A DNA stretch of 63,201 nucleotides, the filler included, from Phoronis australis (taxonomy: Eukaryota; Animalia; Phoronida): the NCBI GenBank assembly GCA_002633005.1. It is 11 parts of 11 records of this genome, joined end to end, with 100 filler letters (N's around TTAATTAATTAA, not from the genome) between each part and the next. Parts side by side here need not be neighbours in the genome. Positions count along the whole stretch, not along the records: positions 16,157 to 38,921 come from NMRA01000094.1; positions 39,022 to 41,874 come from NMRA01003376.1; positions 41,975 to 47,977 come from NMRA01002242.1; 8 more parts are not named here. One strand, written 5' to 3'. The notes under the pieces were generated by a model. The model saw only the letters and a program-made list of their open reading frames with translations, was not told where the DNA came from and made no database searches. A program made the translations under genes and the position numbers. Each line of letters begins with the position of its first letter. Within the stretch, counting starts at the first letter, position 1. Below, one piece after another: positions 28,996 to 42,157 of this stretch.

Positions 28996-29090
28996 ACAAT
29001 CCACTTGAGACAGAGAATTTGAAACAGTAAGCCAGTTCAGCTAAGATAAGGTATGCATTCCACAGGAGCAAGAAACTCCCCAAAACACAT

Positions 29091-29263
29091 GATGAAGCAA
29101 GTCAACATGAGATATCACCATGCAAAGAATACCAGATGAAGCAAGTCAACATGAGATATCACCAAACAAAGAACACCAGATGAAGCAAATCAATGTGAGA
29201 TATCACCATGCAAAGAACACAAGATGAAGCAAGTCAACATGAGATACTACCATGGAAAGAACA
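29091..29263. repeat. 44-bp tandem repeat x4
   Basis: Unit GATGAAGCAAGTCAACATGAGATATCACCATGCAAAGAATACCA. Confidence 0.92.
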
Positions 29264-29663
29264 AGACCACACTTAGTCGTCTCATGATTGTTTTAGGTGT
29301 ACAAGGCAGCCCCAGCCTAGCTCACCTACTTATTATACATATACACACTGTGTCACTTGAACACATAATATGAGATCATTGATAGTGAATCAGTGAACTT
29401 CCAATCTGTCAGTCTGTGGTTTTAATGACTCAGGGAATGCCATTTACACTAACACCTGGAACAAAGCCTATTCATGCAACTTCTCTGGTCATTACATATT
29501 TCATGGTCAGTCATACCATGGCTTTTCTAGAATTTTCTACACTGGAAAATTGGAAATGACAAAGCAGTCAGGCAATTGGGTGGTTGAAGGATACAACAGT
29601 ATCTTTATAAAACTAAGAAAATCTCAAGAGCACCTTTATGACACTCCAATACCTACAATCATT

Positions 29664-31397
29664 AACAAGAGCAACGCCGAGCGTTGAAATGCGAGCACGA
29701 ATGCATCGCAAATGGTGTGCTTTTGGGGTTATTTATTTGTATCATAAAAATGGCCACTAGATGGCGCAAAAACGTACAATCCATCAAAAAACGGGAACAT
29801 GCCATATTTCATAAAAATTGTCAAAGAACTTCAGAAAAACAAAGAAAAACAGAACAAAATGAAATTGCCACTTGTGGGCACAGCGTCCGTTCCATCTGCC
29901 TGAAAGTCATCGTCTGTTGTTATCTTCATATAAATTCACGTACTAAATTTAATAAAGATCCTGCAGTGGGTTTAGGAGATACAACTATGAGTGTAAAATA
30001 AAACTACCACTAGGAGGCGCCACAGTAGTCAGTCACCATCATCAAAGGTCGTCTTCACACTGAGAACATATATGCCAATTTTCAAAACCATACCTAGAAT
30101 GATTTGGTTGATCGAGGGGTTGACGCCAAAAACAAGATTTGAAAACAGCAAAAAATGGCCACAAGGTGGCGCAAAATACCTCGATGCATCCAAAAACAGG
30201 ATGATAGCATCATCTCACCAATAGATGCCTATATTCAAAATTTTGTGAAAATCTGTTGAGGACCTTTGAAGATGCAGACTGGTAAACGTAAAAAACTAAA
30301 ATTGCCACTAGGGGGCACACCACTAGTCAGATCCGTCCGAAAGTCATCGTCATCCATTGACAACATCATATAAATACACTTGCTAAATTAAGTAAAGATC
30401 TCGCAAACGGTTTAATAGATACAGCCATGAGCGCAGAAAAAAACAAAACTGCCACTAGGAGGCGCCAAAGTAGTCGAACTTGTCGGAAAATTGGAAAATC
30501 GTCGTCAGCCGTCCACTTTATAGCAAAATCATACATGCAAATTTTCACAATTATCCTGAAAGCAGTTTGGTTTATAGATGAGTGGACGCCAAAAAACAGA
30601 CTCGAAAAAAGTTAAAATGGCCCCTAGATGGCGCAAACTAGGTCGAATCCATCTCATTAACAGATGCCTCTATGCCATATTCTATGAAAATACTTTGAGG
30701 ACCTTTGAACATACAGAGATAAACGTGAAAAACTAAAACTGCCACTAGGTGGCACACCAGTAGTCAGATCCATCTGAGTCATCGTTCTCCCTTGTTAACA
30801 TCATATAAATACACTTACTAAATTTAGTAAAGATCCTGCGAACGCTTTAGGGGACACAGCCATAGGCGCAAAAAAAAAAAAACTACCACTAGGAGGCGCC
30901 ACAGAAATCGAAGTCGTCCAAAAATTATCATCAGCCGTCCACTTCATAGTAACAACATATATGCCAATTTTCACAATCATGATTTGAGCGGTTTGGTTGA
31001 TAGAGGGGTGGATGTAAAAAACAGACTCGAAAACAGTAAAAATGGCCACTAGCTGGGGCAAAGTACGTCAAATCCATCTGAAAACTGGAGGATAGCGTCA
31101 TCTTACTAATAGGTGCCTATATACAAAATTTTATGAAAATCCGTTCAGTACTTTTGAAGATACAGAGGTAAACGTAAAAAACTAAAATTGCCACTAGGGG
31201 GCACATGGGTAGTCGGATCCGTCCGAAAGTTCGCACATGCCGTCCCATCCACAGAAGGAACACATGTGCAAAATTTCAAGAACATACATCATGGCGTTTT
31301 GGAGATAGAGCAGCGGAAGCCGGATGGACAGATGCCGGACGGACGGACGGAGATGACGGCATAATGCGTCCACATATAAATATGTGGCACATAAAAA
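29664..31397 (-). mobile_element. Non-autonomous Helentron (HINE-like) copy 2 with CTCF-like motif array
   Basis: Same termini as copy 1 (AACAAGAGCAACGC..GCGTTG; GGACGGACGG; CGTCCACATATAAATATGTGG..ATAAAAA) with some substitutions; 11 motif positions. Confidence 0.85.
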
Positions 31398-31827
31398 TCA
31401 AATTCCAAATACTTTAAGAACAACAATAACAATAACAGCAATAGTAGAAATAATAATAATAATGATACTGGTAATTAACAATTAAACAGCAAAAAGTTTT
31501 ACTGTTTCATTCAATTTACAACAAAACAATTCCTCATAATGGCATTAAATTACACCACTCTATATTACATAACACTCTACATCCCAAGTGAGCTATTCCA
31601 GAACAAGCGAGTCTAACTTAAAAGGGATGTCAGAATAAATATTGATTAAGTAATTAGTAAGAATAGATCCATTTTAAGTTGCCCAAAATTTGTGCATATG
31701 TACTTTTAAATCATGGGGTCAGACTTGTTGACATGTATTTTAACGTCAAAATTTTTAGATGGTGTTTACAACTTTGGGTTCTGGGGTCAAAGTACTCTAG
31801 AGATTCTAGAATATTCTGAGAACAAAT

Positions 31828-32502
31828 TGTAACAGCCAATAATACGAGTGGATATGATCATGTGGTTTTTATTAGCCAATCACTAAATAAGTAGAATGTT
31901 ATATTATGGGCTGAAATCAGCAAGATAATCAGATGCGCTATAGTAGTTGAAGCATAAAGACTTGCTACGGTGTACAGAAGCAGTTGTACGACAGAGCCAT
32001 CTCGTGGAATATTCTAGAAAGGATCTTGGCAAGGGCAAGGGCAAGGGTTAACGAACAGGAAGTTAACTAAGAGCTTGTCACTTGCATTGTGGGTAGTAAG
32101 ATACTACCTGAAGTGTTGCGTCATCAGCCAGAGACTGTGACCAGCAAGAAGAATCGCGGGTAGAAGAAATTGCCTGCAAGTGTTGAATCACCAGAGACGG
32201 TGACCAGCAAGTGCATTGTCGCTATACAGTGTGTGTAGTTCGAAGATTCGCCAACAGGACAGACATCCAACAAGTGGAGAGTCCTAGCTTGGATAGCAGA
32301 TAAGACATTTGATCGTTTGGTTGTTTGATTAAAGTAATCTTTAAAGAGGGCGCTGGCGTAGTTTCTCTTTGTAGTTGATTACTTAATTAACAATAGGTTT
32401 CATTTGTCTAATTAGGGGTTATCATATAATAAATTAATTACTGGATTTGATTATTCACTCTCCATCTTCGCACAACTTCAAAGCATAGCTACCTTTTAAA
32501 CA
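31828..32502 (+). mobile_element. Possible solo LTR
   Basis: TGTAAC...AACA termini, CCAAT boxes, internal direct repeat CCAGAGAC(T/G)GTGACCAGCAAG, AATAAA near the 3' end; no clean TSD. Confidence 0.3.
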
Positions 32503-32619
32503 AACCCACACAGACAATCGTCTGACAAGGGAAAAGCAACAGTTTTGATGTTGGTTTTAGTAAGAATGCATTGATCCCTGGTTGTCTTGAAAATACATTT
32601 GTCCATAGTGGTGTCCAGT

Positions 32620-32870
32620 CCTGTATCCATGAAACAACAGATAGTGACTGTAAACTGCCTGACAAAGGGCCTGCCTCTTGGTTTAGAATTCACTTCAAGT
32701 GAGCAAGCATAATGTCCTACTTCCTATTAAACAGACTGTGTAGGTAATATTGGTGATTGCTTAGTGGAAGTGAATTCAGAACCTAGATGAGTACTCTTTG
32801 TCAGACCAATGAGCTCTACCAGGCTCACTGGTCAGGCTGTTTAAGTCACTTTCTACTGTTCTATGGACAG
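32620..32870. mobile_element. Old palindromic MITE
   Basis: Nested imperfect inverted arms (GTGACTGTAAACTGCCTGAC/GTCAGGCTGTTTAAGTCAC; GAATTCACTTC/GAAGTGAATTC). Confidence 0.55.
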
Positions 32871-33540
32871 GGCAACAGTAAGTACCATATTAGGGAACAA
32901 CTCCAGTTAACTTTAGGACATGATACCATCAACTTTAGATTATGAGGCAGCACATCTGTGGTAATTCATAGATTCGCCAGTCCAGACAATGACAGTAACT
33001 TTTCAATGGTGACGATGTTTAGCATTTTAGCGTGACTGGCAAGATGTCTGCAAAGGGGTTATTTTAGCTGGATGGGCAAGCTGTCACCAAAGGGGTCATT
33101 TTCGCCAGCAGTTAATTTGTTTACTCACCACACAACTCACTTTCAAAGAAAAATTTAGTGTAAAAACAAGTACACTTTCTGCGACAAATTGACTAATGAA
33201 AAGATGAACGCAGGACTCCTTTCCCTGGGTCCTTAAAGTAAGAAGTCTGGCTACAAAGTGATATAGTGACCAGGCCAACACAGGAAGTAAGCCAGCACAT
33301 CCAGTCGTGCCTGGGCATGCAAAGGCATAGATAGACTATGACTATAGTACGGTAAGACATTAAGTTATGACATACAACTCATAATCAAGCATTTGAATTG
33401 AACCCAGTCTTTATTGTTAATTGTGTGCAACATTCTGACAATTTCCTGACAAAATAAACAGTGGTTAGGGTTTAAAGACAAGGCACTGAACAGCTGACTG
33501 GAAAATCTTAGAAATTGCACAAAAATGAGCACCTAAATAT

Positions 33541-33542
<2 letters not shown>

Positions 33543-33581
<39 letters not shown>

Positions 33582-33606
33582 TGTGTGTGTGTGAGTTTGT
33601 GTGTGC
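33543..33606. repeat. (GT)n microsatellite
   Basis: Directly visible. Confidence 0.97.
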
Positions 33607-34388
33607 GCGTTTTTGCTCAAGCTCAATAAAAAAAATGCAGGTGGCCTGATGTCATTTGCAGTGCACCAAACACCTGGTTCTTCTTTAAGAAAGTTTTCAA
33701 GTCTGCCTGTCTCCTCTAAGAAAACGGACAGACGTTTCCATTTGTTGCCATGCACTCTATGTTGTTGGCATGTAACAGTGCCATTCAGTAGGATGCTCCT
33801 TAGCCTATAAAAAGCTGGGCAAGACTCAACTAGGAGTTCATGGATTACGTCAGTACCACACTCGGGACATAATGGGCTCCCTATATGTCAGTACCACACT
33901 CGGGACATAATGGGCTCCCTATATGCCCAGTAATGTGTCTGTGTCAAAATAGGTTACAGTGGCCCGTCAAAATTTGAATGATGTGTCTTATGTCCAATCT
34001 ATCAGAACCTTTTGGTGTGATCACGTTGGGAAAATTCTCCTCGTTGTTCTGTCTGCAGGAGTTAAGTGAAGCAAACTGAACTGCTCACTGGGTACGTACA
34101 CAGTTGCGCACACTCATCTTGCAGCATCTACGGGATACCGGGATAGCAGAACGCTGATTCCTATATAAAATTTGCGAGTGTGTCTGCATTTTTATTGCTG
34201 TCAATTCCCACATCAGATAGAGAAGATCCCTTCTGCCTTGCCCAAGTTTTGCGTTTAGCCGTATAATTAACATGGAGCAAGACGATCGGGCACAACTTGC
34301 TCTACCTCACAAACGGGTGTCAAAAGTTGTCGTCATACTGTCAATTTGCTTGGTGTCAGTCCTGTTTACACACATACTTCCACTCAAT

Positions 34389-34655
34389 CATCTTGATCCA
34401 TGTCAGCTGATCCATGTCATCTTGATCCATGTCATCTTGATCCATGTCATCTTGATCCATGTCATCTTGATCCATGTCATCTTGATCCATGTCAGCTGAT
34501 CAATGTCATCTTGATCCATGTCATCTTGATCCATGTCAGCTGATCAATGTCATCTTGATCCATGTCATCTTGATCCATGTCAGCTGATCAATGTCATCTT
34601 GATCCATGTCATCTTGATCCATGTCATCTTGATCCATGTCAGCTGATCAATGTCA
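34389..34655. repeat. 14/15-bp minisatellite
   Basis: Mixed units TCTTGATCCATGTCA and GCTGATC(A/C)ATGTCA. Confidence 0.95.
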
Positions 34656-35583
34656 ACTTTTGTAGTGTAAACCAGACTTGCGACTACGCATTTCTCCCGT
34701 CAGCACACTTTCTTGGCGACTCCTATATCACTAGCATGTGTACCAGGTGTAGACAGGTGTTCCAACTCAACTTTTGGACCAGAACAATGGTATATGACTT
34801 GGTCATTGAAATAGAGAAAATAACTTATTTTACCACTTTCATCCAATTAGTGAGATCACTGGGCAATCACTGCACTCTTTGACAAAAGACTAATGGAATG
34901 GTCTTTCACAAAGTAATAAAACGAACAATGAGAATGTATAGACAAGGCTGAAAATCAGGTGTGTCTCAGTAGATATTTTAAATTAGTGTATATTGACTCT
35001 CTGGCACAAGTGACCGTGAGAACACACAAACTGTGCAAAAGGGTGTGACAACTTAACAAGTTAGTGCAACTTTCATCCAATCAACTTGTCCTAGTTTAAC
35101 TTTATTTCAGTCAGTTCTAACCTAGCGTAATCTAAAGCCTATTTGATTTGTACAGCTACTACTACTTAGACAGTTGTGACATTGTTGTGTCGACACTCAG
35201 CTGATCAGATACAAGGTGCCGATAGTACATCTAGTGCTAGTTAAAATCTCTGTCTGGACATTGAATTGATGCCATGAGTGGTTGACTGTGAACTCCCACA
35301 CATGGCAATCAATGGTTGCCATGGAAACAAGTCAAAGCAACAAGTGAGAGCGCATGTCTGTTTTAAACACGAGTGAGTAACTTGATTTTAGGCAGATAGT
35401 CTCAACGTCGCTAAGTCATGCTAACGTTCAGCACAGTAGTCCATAGTCACTCAACTTCTCATAAGCGTTTTGCATGCAAGCTCGCAAGTTTAAAGCTTTC
35501 ATCAACAGAATAGTTACCACTGGCTTCTACACAAAGTACAGTGAACAAATACTTCTTGATGACCTTGAATGAACATACCCTGC

Positions 35584-35976
35584 CTGGACCCGGTCTCCAA
35601 TCTTTTTACTCGAAATTAGGTTTGGCATTTTCTACTCTACTTTTGGGTGAACTCAAGATAAGTGTCTATTATTCTATGCTCGAGTACACAATAACTTACG
35701 TAGACAATTTATTGCCCTTAGTTCACAGTTTGTAAACCCAATATTAAAGCAATAAGTTTGAGTTTGAACTCGAAATTTCGAGTTTTTACTAGTTTGTAGC
35801 ACGAATATAAGGGTCTTCAAGGGCAAACTTGAACTAGAAACTCCTATGCATAAACTATAATGTATTCGAGCACAGTCTGATAACCAATTATCTTAAGTTC
35901 GCACAAAAGAAGCAGAGAAATCGCAAAAAATAGTTTCGAGTTCGTTTTGAGTACAAAGATTGGAGACCGGGCCCAG
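35584..35976. mobile_element. PIF/Harbinger-like MITE
   Basis: ~32-bp TIRs CTGGACCCGGTCTCCAATCTTTTTACTCGAAA / TTTTGAGTACAAAGATTGGAGACCGGGCCCAG; superfamily inferred from GGCCCGG-type ends in a CWG context. Confidence 0.75.
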
Positions 35977-36934
35977 ATGACCTAGAATGAATGGATTGTT
36001 GTAGACATGCTTCCGGTGAATCAAATGAGCCTCTGGCAGCCACTCGCTTACGGCCAATTGCCTATTAGCTGAAAAATTTACAACTATATCTCAGTGAAGT
36101 TCTGTGTGTGAATTCAATGTAGATGGTGTAAGTACTTTGGAAACATGTTTACCTACATAACACGATGATAGAGGTATAGATTAGTAGTGAGAATCGTGTT
36201 TGTAAGTATCGTACAGTGGATGTGCTATGGCAACAGCATGCAAATAGCACAGAAGTTGTGATAGCTTGTAACACCGATAGATCATGACTAGCAGTAATGA
36301 GCAGAGGATTAAAACAGGGCTGAGTTGCATAGACAAAATGATCAATTGTAGCGCTGCGTCTGAGGGAAATGTGACAATTCCAACATGACTGATTAAAAAG
36401 TTGTTGAATACAATGGAATAATATGAATTAATACATAAAACTACATTAAAAATCCCCAGTTTCTCACTGAAACAGACGCGTTTCATTGTTTTTTGGGTTG
36501 TGACCTACTAGGACTGGTCCGCCGCCGGACAGCAGCGGAAGCATCCCAATGGGCTGCATTGCCAGCGACACCTATCAGACGTCCACAGTACTAAAATTTG
36601 ATGATCTCAAATCTGAAATGGCTATCTTAGAATTTATCCAACTCGCCAATTGCAAGTTGGGCATTTTCTTATTGTTGGACGCTGAGGACACAGGGTAGAG
36701 TTGCTGAGGCCAAATTACATGGCGCTAGGATGTGCTGATTGCTGGAGTCAGGAGGCGCACCAGTTCCGTAGGAAAGGTGGGACTGTTGTGCATGTGCTTA
36801 ATGTGAATCATAAGAGCCTCAGTTAGCTACTTGCTAATGGGCAATTACCTAACAGTGCTTGACAGTTTTATTGAGGTTGTTAGTTCGATTCCAAAGTTGG
36901 ATAATCTCAGCTATCACTGCAGGACACTGTCTCA

Positions 36935-37313
36935 TGACCTAAAATGAACACACACTGTTGTGTAACCTAGAATGAACATACACTGCTATAGGACCTAGAA
37001 TGAACATTCACTGCTGTGGGACCTAGAATGAACATACATTGCTATGGGACCTAGAATGAACATTCACTGCTGTGGGACCTAGAATGAACATACATTGCTA
37101 TGGGACCTAGAATGAACATTCACTGCTGTGGGACCTAGAATGAACATACACTGCTATGGGACCTAGAATGAACATTCACTGCTGTGGGACCTAGAATGAA
37201 CATTTACTGCTATGGGACCTAGAATGAACATACACTGCTATGGAACCTAGAATGAACATACACTACTGTGGTACCTGGAATGAACATACACTGCTGTGGG
37301 ACCTAGAATGAAG
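36935..37313. repeat. 28-bp minisatellite (~13 units) with alternating variants
   Basis: Unit GACCTAGAATGAACATACACTGCTATGG alternating with GACCTAGAATGAACATTCACTGCTGTGG. Confidence 0.95.
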
Positions 37314-37722
37314 ATACAATTTCTGGATTGAATGCACATTCATCTTGCAATAAGAACACATCAGAATGGTGATCCATCATCCAATGGATTTTGTTCTATT
37401 AAACTATCAAAATAATCCTACCAATGCTTTGCCAACAGAAGAAAAAAAAACAACTTAAGCATTCAATGTGTTTGCATTTGACTGTTTAAATAGTAATTAA
37501 CTTTTTCAGGCCATATTGTGTCACGGCAACTAAGCAGTGAACAAAGAATGACCCCTTGGGGTGGTTTTGAACATTTGCTACTACCCGCAATGGAAGTATT
37601 GCTCCAGGTACCAGAGTATTGATACTGAACAGATGACCAATGTAAGTGGTATTGCTGGGACTTAGATTTTGGTCCTTAGCCTTAGTATAAAGTAACCCGT
37701 GTGGTGGAGAAGACAATCCAGC

Positions 37723-38921
37723 TGTAAAGAATGGATAATTGTGAACATAGTCTGCTACGTTGCCGGCATCAGTGTTGAGCGATTGTTGCCGGGACATTTA
37801 TATGCAAATGAACTGCTGTGTCGGCCGGGTGCATTCAAATGTTCGACCTGGGTGCGGCAGTCGAGAGCCAGCCGTGACACAGTGTAGACGTGTCACAGAA
37901 AATGGAAAGTTTGTGTCTACAGTAGATTTAGGACATTCAGCGGACAAAGATGATGGGGTCGGATGCTGACCACAAAAGATTGTGCACGCACTGTGTGAAA
38001 TAAGATGGACTCGTGACTCAGTAATGTTAGTTTGGGGTGCCACGTGTGTAGTATTATAGCTCTTTAGACTTAGAGATAAATATATTGAGTTCCGGTTCCA
38101 TCAGCGTTGTTGTTCCTACATGGTGGCAGCGGCGGTTTGTGTCATTTTTGTGATTCTGGCGAAACAACTGGGCATTATAAACTGATACCTTCCAACGGTT
38201 TGTGTCAAGGATCTTTCGTGCTGTTTTCGAAGGATTTTGTTTGTGAAATATCACAAAAATAGCCTGGAGCTGTTGATAGTTGTCGTACAGTACTTCGAAA
38301 TTTTCCATGACGTCATAGCCACATGTGCATTGTGTATGTTTTGAGCTGACAGTTCATGTGCTCGAAGTTCGCTTGGAAAGTGTGAGGCTCTATACGATAA
38401 CTTTTACGCGCGACTTTACATAATAAGTAGCGATACATAAAAGTTAGTGAATTTATTGACCGAATAAATTTAACACATACCTGCACGAGTGACACGCAAC
38501 ATTAGTGAACACGTTAACGAAGTGACACATAAACTGACAACATTCAGAACATTACAAAAATGGCAACATATCAGATACCGGCCCCAACCCCAATGTCAGT
38601 ACTAGGGAATGTGGCAGAGAACTGGCGTGAATTTGAAACCGCCTGGATAGACTACATGACCGCCAAAGAACTAGACACAAAAAGGGTTAAGGCGGATGGT
38701 ACACCAGACCTAAAGGGTGTATCAATAGTTGCTGCGACACTCTGCTCCGTCATGGGGCAGGAGTGTAAACGAGTACTGTGTAACTTGCCTAACGTCAGTG
38801 AAGAAGACAGACGCAATCCTCAGAAGATCATTGATGCCTTAAAGGCGTACTTTGTTCCTCAGAAGAATGTTCTCTACGAGAGATTTGTGTTCAACCAAGC
38901 AGTCCAAAAGACGGGAGAGAC
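37723..38921 (+). mobile_element. Ty3/Gypsy LTR retrotransposon 5' end (LTR, PBS, gag), truncated by contig end
   Basis: Putative LTR TGTA...TACA ending at 38120 (start uncertain), directly followed by PBS TGGTGGCAGCGG (38121-38132), complementary to the 3' end of tRNA-Leu(AAG/UAG); gag ORF follows. Confidence 0.8.
38560..38921 (+). CDS. Gypsy-type gag protein N-terminus (partial)
   Basis: GNVAENWREFETAWIDYMTA...ATLCSVMGQE...IIDALKAYFVPQKNVLYERFVFNQAVQKTGE is the typical gag N-terminus of K02A2.6-like/Mag-type Gypsy elements; open to the contig end. Confidence 0.85.
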
Positions 38922-41900
38922 NNNNNNNNNNNNNNNNNNNNNNNNNNNNNNNNNNNNNNNNNNNNTTAATTAATTAANNNNNNNNNNNNNNNNNNNNNNN
39001 NNNNNNNNNNNNNNNNNNNNNAATTCAAATAGTAAGTATTAAACCATGGAACCATGTATTTTTCATGATGACTGCTTTTTCACGGATTGTTGAAGTAATG
39101 GCGGATACAGATGTTTACGAAATGGGGGGAGGGGGAGCAAACGATAGTCTTCTGAAGAGAACTTCGTATTACAAGGACTGCATATAAGCAAACAAGTAAC
39201 TGTAGTCACTGGGATTAGGGTGCTGCATTATAGGATAACAAGTTGAATCATACGGTGTCTTCAACCAAAGACAGTCTTTGCTTCAACCAATAAGGCTTGC
39301 GCATTATACGATAAAATGTGAAGAAAGAGAGGACACATTTGTGTAAATTTTACACACTTTGCGTGCAAACAAGACATATAGTATTTTTTCAATGAAGACA
39401 CACAGAGAACATCTTTCAGAAAGCTTGAACACCCAATCTCATTATCTAGATTAATTCACCGGTCTAGATATCAGCGAACGTTTAGCATACAATGGTATTT
39501 CAAAAAGACAACGGATATTGCTGTTTTGTAGTTCTCGTCAATAAGCCCTACCCGTCCAACAATAATATCTAAAATGCATTCTTCGACCGAAAAACCGATA
39601 AATGACACTTTTAAACATTGCATTATATTTAAAATAACAGGTACTAATTGGTCGTACACTAGTTTATTCAGAAGAGAAATTGAAAAAAATATTTCGTTCA
39701 AGTTGGCGATTCAGTTATTCATTTTGGGATTTTTTTGTTGTAGAATACAATTTTTATGCACTTATGTGATCACTAATCCCTGTTAGCGTTGAACAATTTT
39801 AGAAAAAAATTGAGCCACGGTAACTAAACACAATCCTCTTAGGTTTTGTCTGTTGACCGAAAGCTCCCGTATGTCAATTACGCTGTCGTCAAACCCGTTG
39901 AATAGATAGAGGCTGTCACTTAGCGGCTCTGGGCAGGTGTCGCCGATAGCGGAGAAAGAGTTGCCAATTTCTGTGTATGGTTGACCTAGTGATAAATAAG
40001 AACAAACATCTACCGAAAATTCTGACGTTTGTACGAATCCGACTGTAAGTTCAGAAAAGGGACACTTTTTACCCTTTTTGAAACCAATGTAGGTCCATAT
40101 TTGAAAACAAAGGATAGGCCTATAAACGGAAAGTGCGTACCAAAACATTTAACGTATAATATATATTACATTAACAATAATCCGATTAAAAAGTAAAACA
40201 GAAAAGATTGACGAGTTATTTAAAAAAATTCTTCTAAGTATAAGCGTGATAAATATATCGTCGCACAAAACCCTGTATCACATACCGACCTAGTGTTTGG
40301 AAAACCATGGAATTAATTCGATGTATGTCTGACTCAAAAAATAAGTCTATAGTTCTACCTATCGAATTTTCTTTCTTAGTCGTATTCGTATTGCGAAAAT
40401 TCATGTCATGGGATTTAGCGTAATATCTCTTAGTTGCACTTGTTTTTTAAGTGATCTACACCAAGGTCAAAAGATGAAGTGAACACGTTTAACAAACGGG
40501 ATTTTCTATGTATAACTAAAAATAGCTATAATTTGCTAGTTATCCACTAAAGGAACAATAACGGCGAGAAAAGCGGTTTTCTGAGACCATCCTTTGGCGA
40601 GAACTAGACCCTGCTGTTCGTGCGGTCGCGCGCAGATCTAACGCTCTACTGACAAAGCTAATAAACCCAATTCGATAATTGCAAGAGCACATGCCCAGAT
40701 TTCAGTGAAGGCCTGGCTGACAACGGCGAGGCTGGCTATTTAAATTTACGGTTCTGATCAAAGCTAACTTCAAGAAGTCTTTCCGTCCAACAATAATCCC
40801 CGAAATGTGTTTTTCGGTCGTATATCTTTAACGTTTTTCAGTGTTTGCACATTTTTTATGGTACCGTCAAATTAATTGTCCGCGATAACATATGCTATTC
40901 AGATTTACTTATACACGAATTAAAGATGTATAGAATACATTGAAATGTGATGTAGGCTACAATTTTTGATAAAGGGCTTCGAATTTATGTCGATCTATCA
41001 TACTCACAGTAATCGTAAGTAGAGTATTTAGAGTCAGAGCCGTAACTGCCCGCACAAACAAAAAGAAGACGAGCAACAGCAAAGTTGAAACTTTCATCCT
41101 GATTGGATACGAGGTTATCACTAGCGGCACACCTGCAGCACCTCACTTTATAGACCGCTTAATTTTGAGATCATAAAAGGTATTTGTTTTCTTTTTCACA
41201 GCATTTTAATATAACTAAAGGCTTAATTAGATTTCAGAACTGTGACGTGTTGGTGGTGATTTGAAGTAGACATGGAATTTATCTTGACGGGAAATGCTTT
41301 CCTTTAGTAAATACCATTTTACATAGAATAGCATTATTTGTTGATTTTTGGACAAAAATTTAACGAAAATTATAGACCCGGAGACTGTCTGGAGATTACT
41401 CAATAAAGTATGTAAACGTACTTAATTAATTCGCAGCATACCTGGCAGGAAACGGTGTTCTTTATGTTTTCTGACTCCAACGAATCGATTGGCAAATCAG
41501 TTGCACATTATTCGGTTATTTTTAAGTCACGTCTCCTGAAGCCGTGAGAGGCAGTTTACGAGAAGAATGGCTCTATTTCCTTTCATTTACCTACTTTACA
41601 ACGTAAGGGCTCGTGATAGGTGTTTCTTTTCAGTTTCATCCAGACTGTCTATGCTGCAATTTTTTTATCGTAAAATTTCCCACTGAATGTTACGTGTGTT
41701 CCATTTTAAAGATCGTTACGCCATCTGGTGCAAATACAAACTCGTTTACACGCAGAGATTGCGTGTAAGAAACATAATACTGTATTAATCATAATATACA
41801 GAAAGTTAAAATGCCGTCAATGGAATTAAAAAAATAGAAAAAGCAATTTCAAATATTTATTTATGACAATAGCANNNNNNNNNNNNNNNNNNNNNNNNNN

Positions 41901-41974
41901 NNNNNNNNNNNNNNNNNNTTAATTAATTAANNNNNNNNNNNNNNNNNNNNNNNNNNNNNNNNNNNNNNNNNNNN

Positions 41975-42157
41975 GTCTATAAAGGCGGGTGGTGGTACGA
42001 CGCCTGTCATTGGTCCAACCTGAACGGTCTATATCATCACGGTAAGCAAAAGTCCTACGCAGACGGAGTCAACTGGTACCATTACAAAGGCTACTACTAC
42101 TCTATGAAGAGGACCAGTATGAAGATAAGACCTGTCGGATTCAAATCTAGTAAATAA
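41975..42157 (+). CDS. Fibrinogen-related domain (FReD; ficolin/tenascin/MFAP4-like) protein, C-terminal part
   Basis: Manual translation [60 protein letters not shown] has the GGWWY..C..SNLNG.Y, DGVNW and MKIRP hallmarks; not in the ORF track. Confidence 0.95.
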   Translation, partial: VYKGGWWYDACHWSNLNGLYHHGKQKSYADGVNWYHYKGYYYSMKRTSMKIRPVGFKSSK

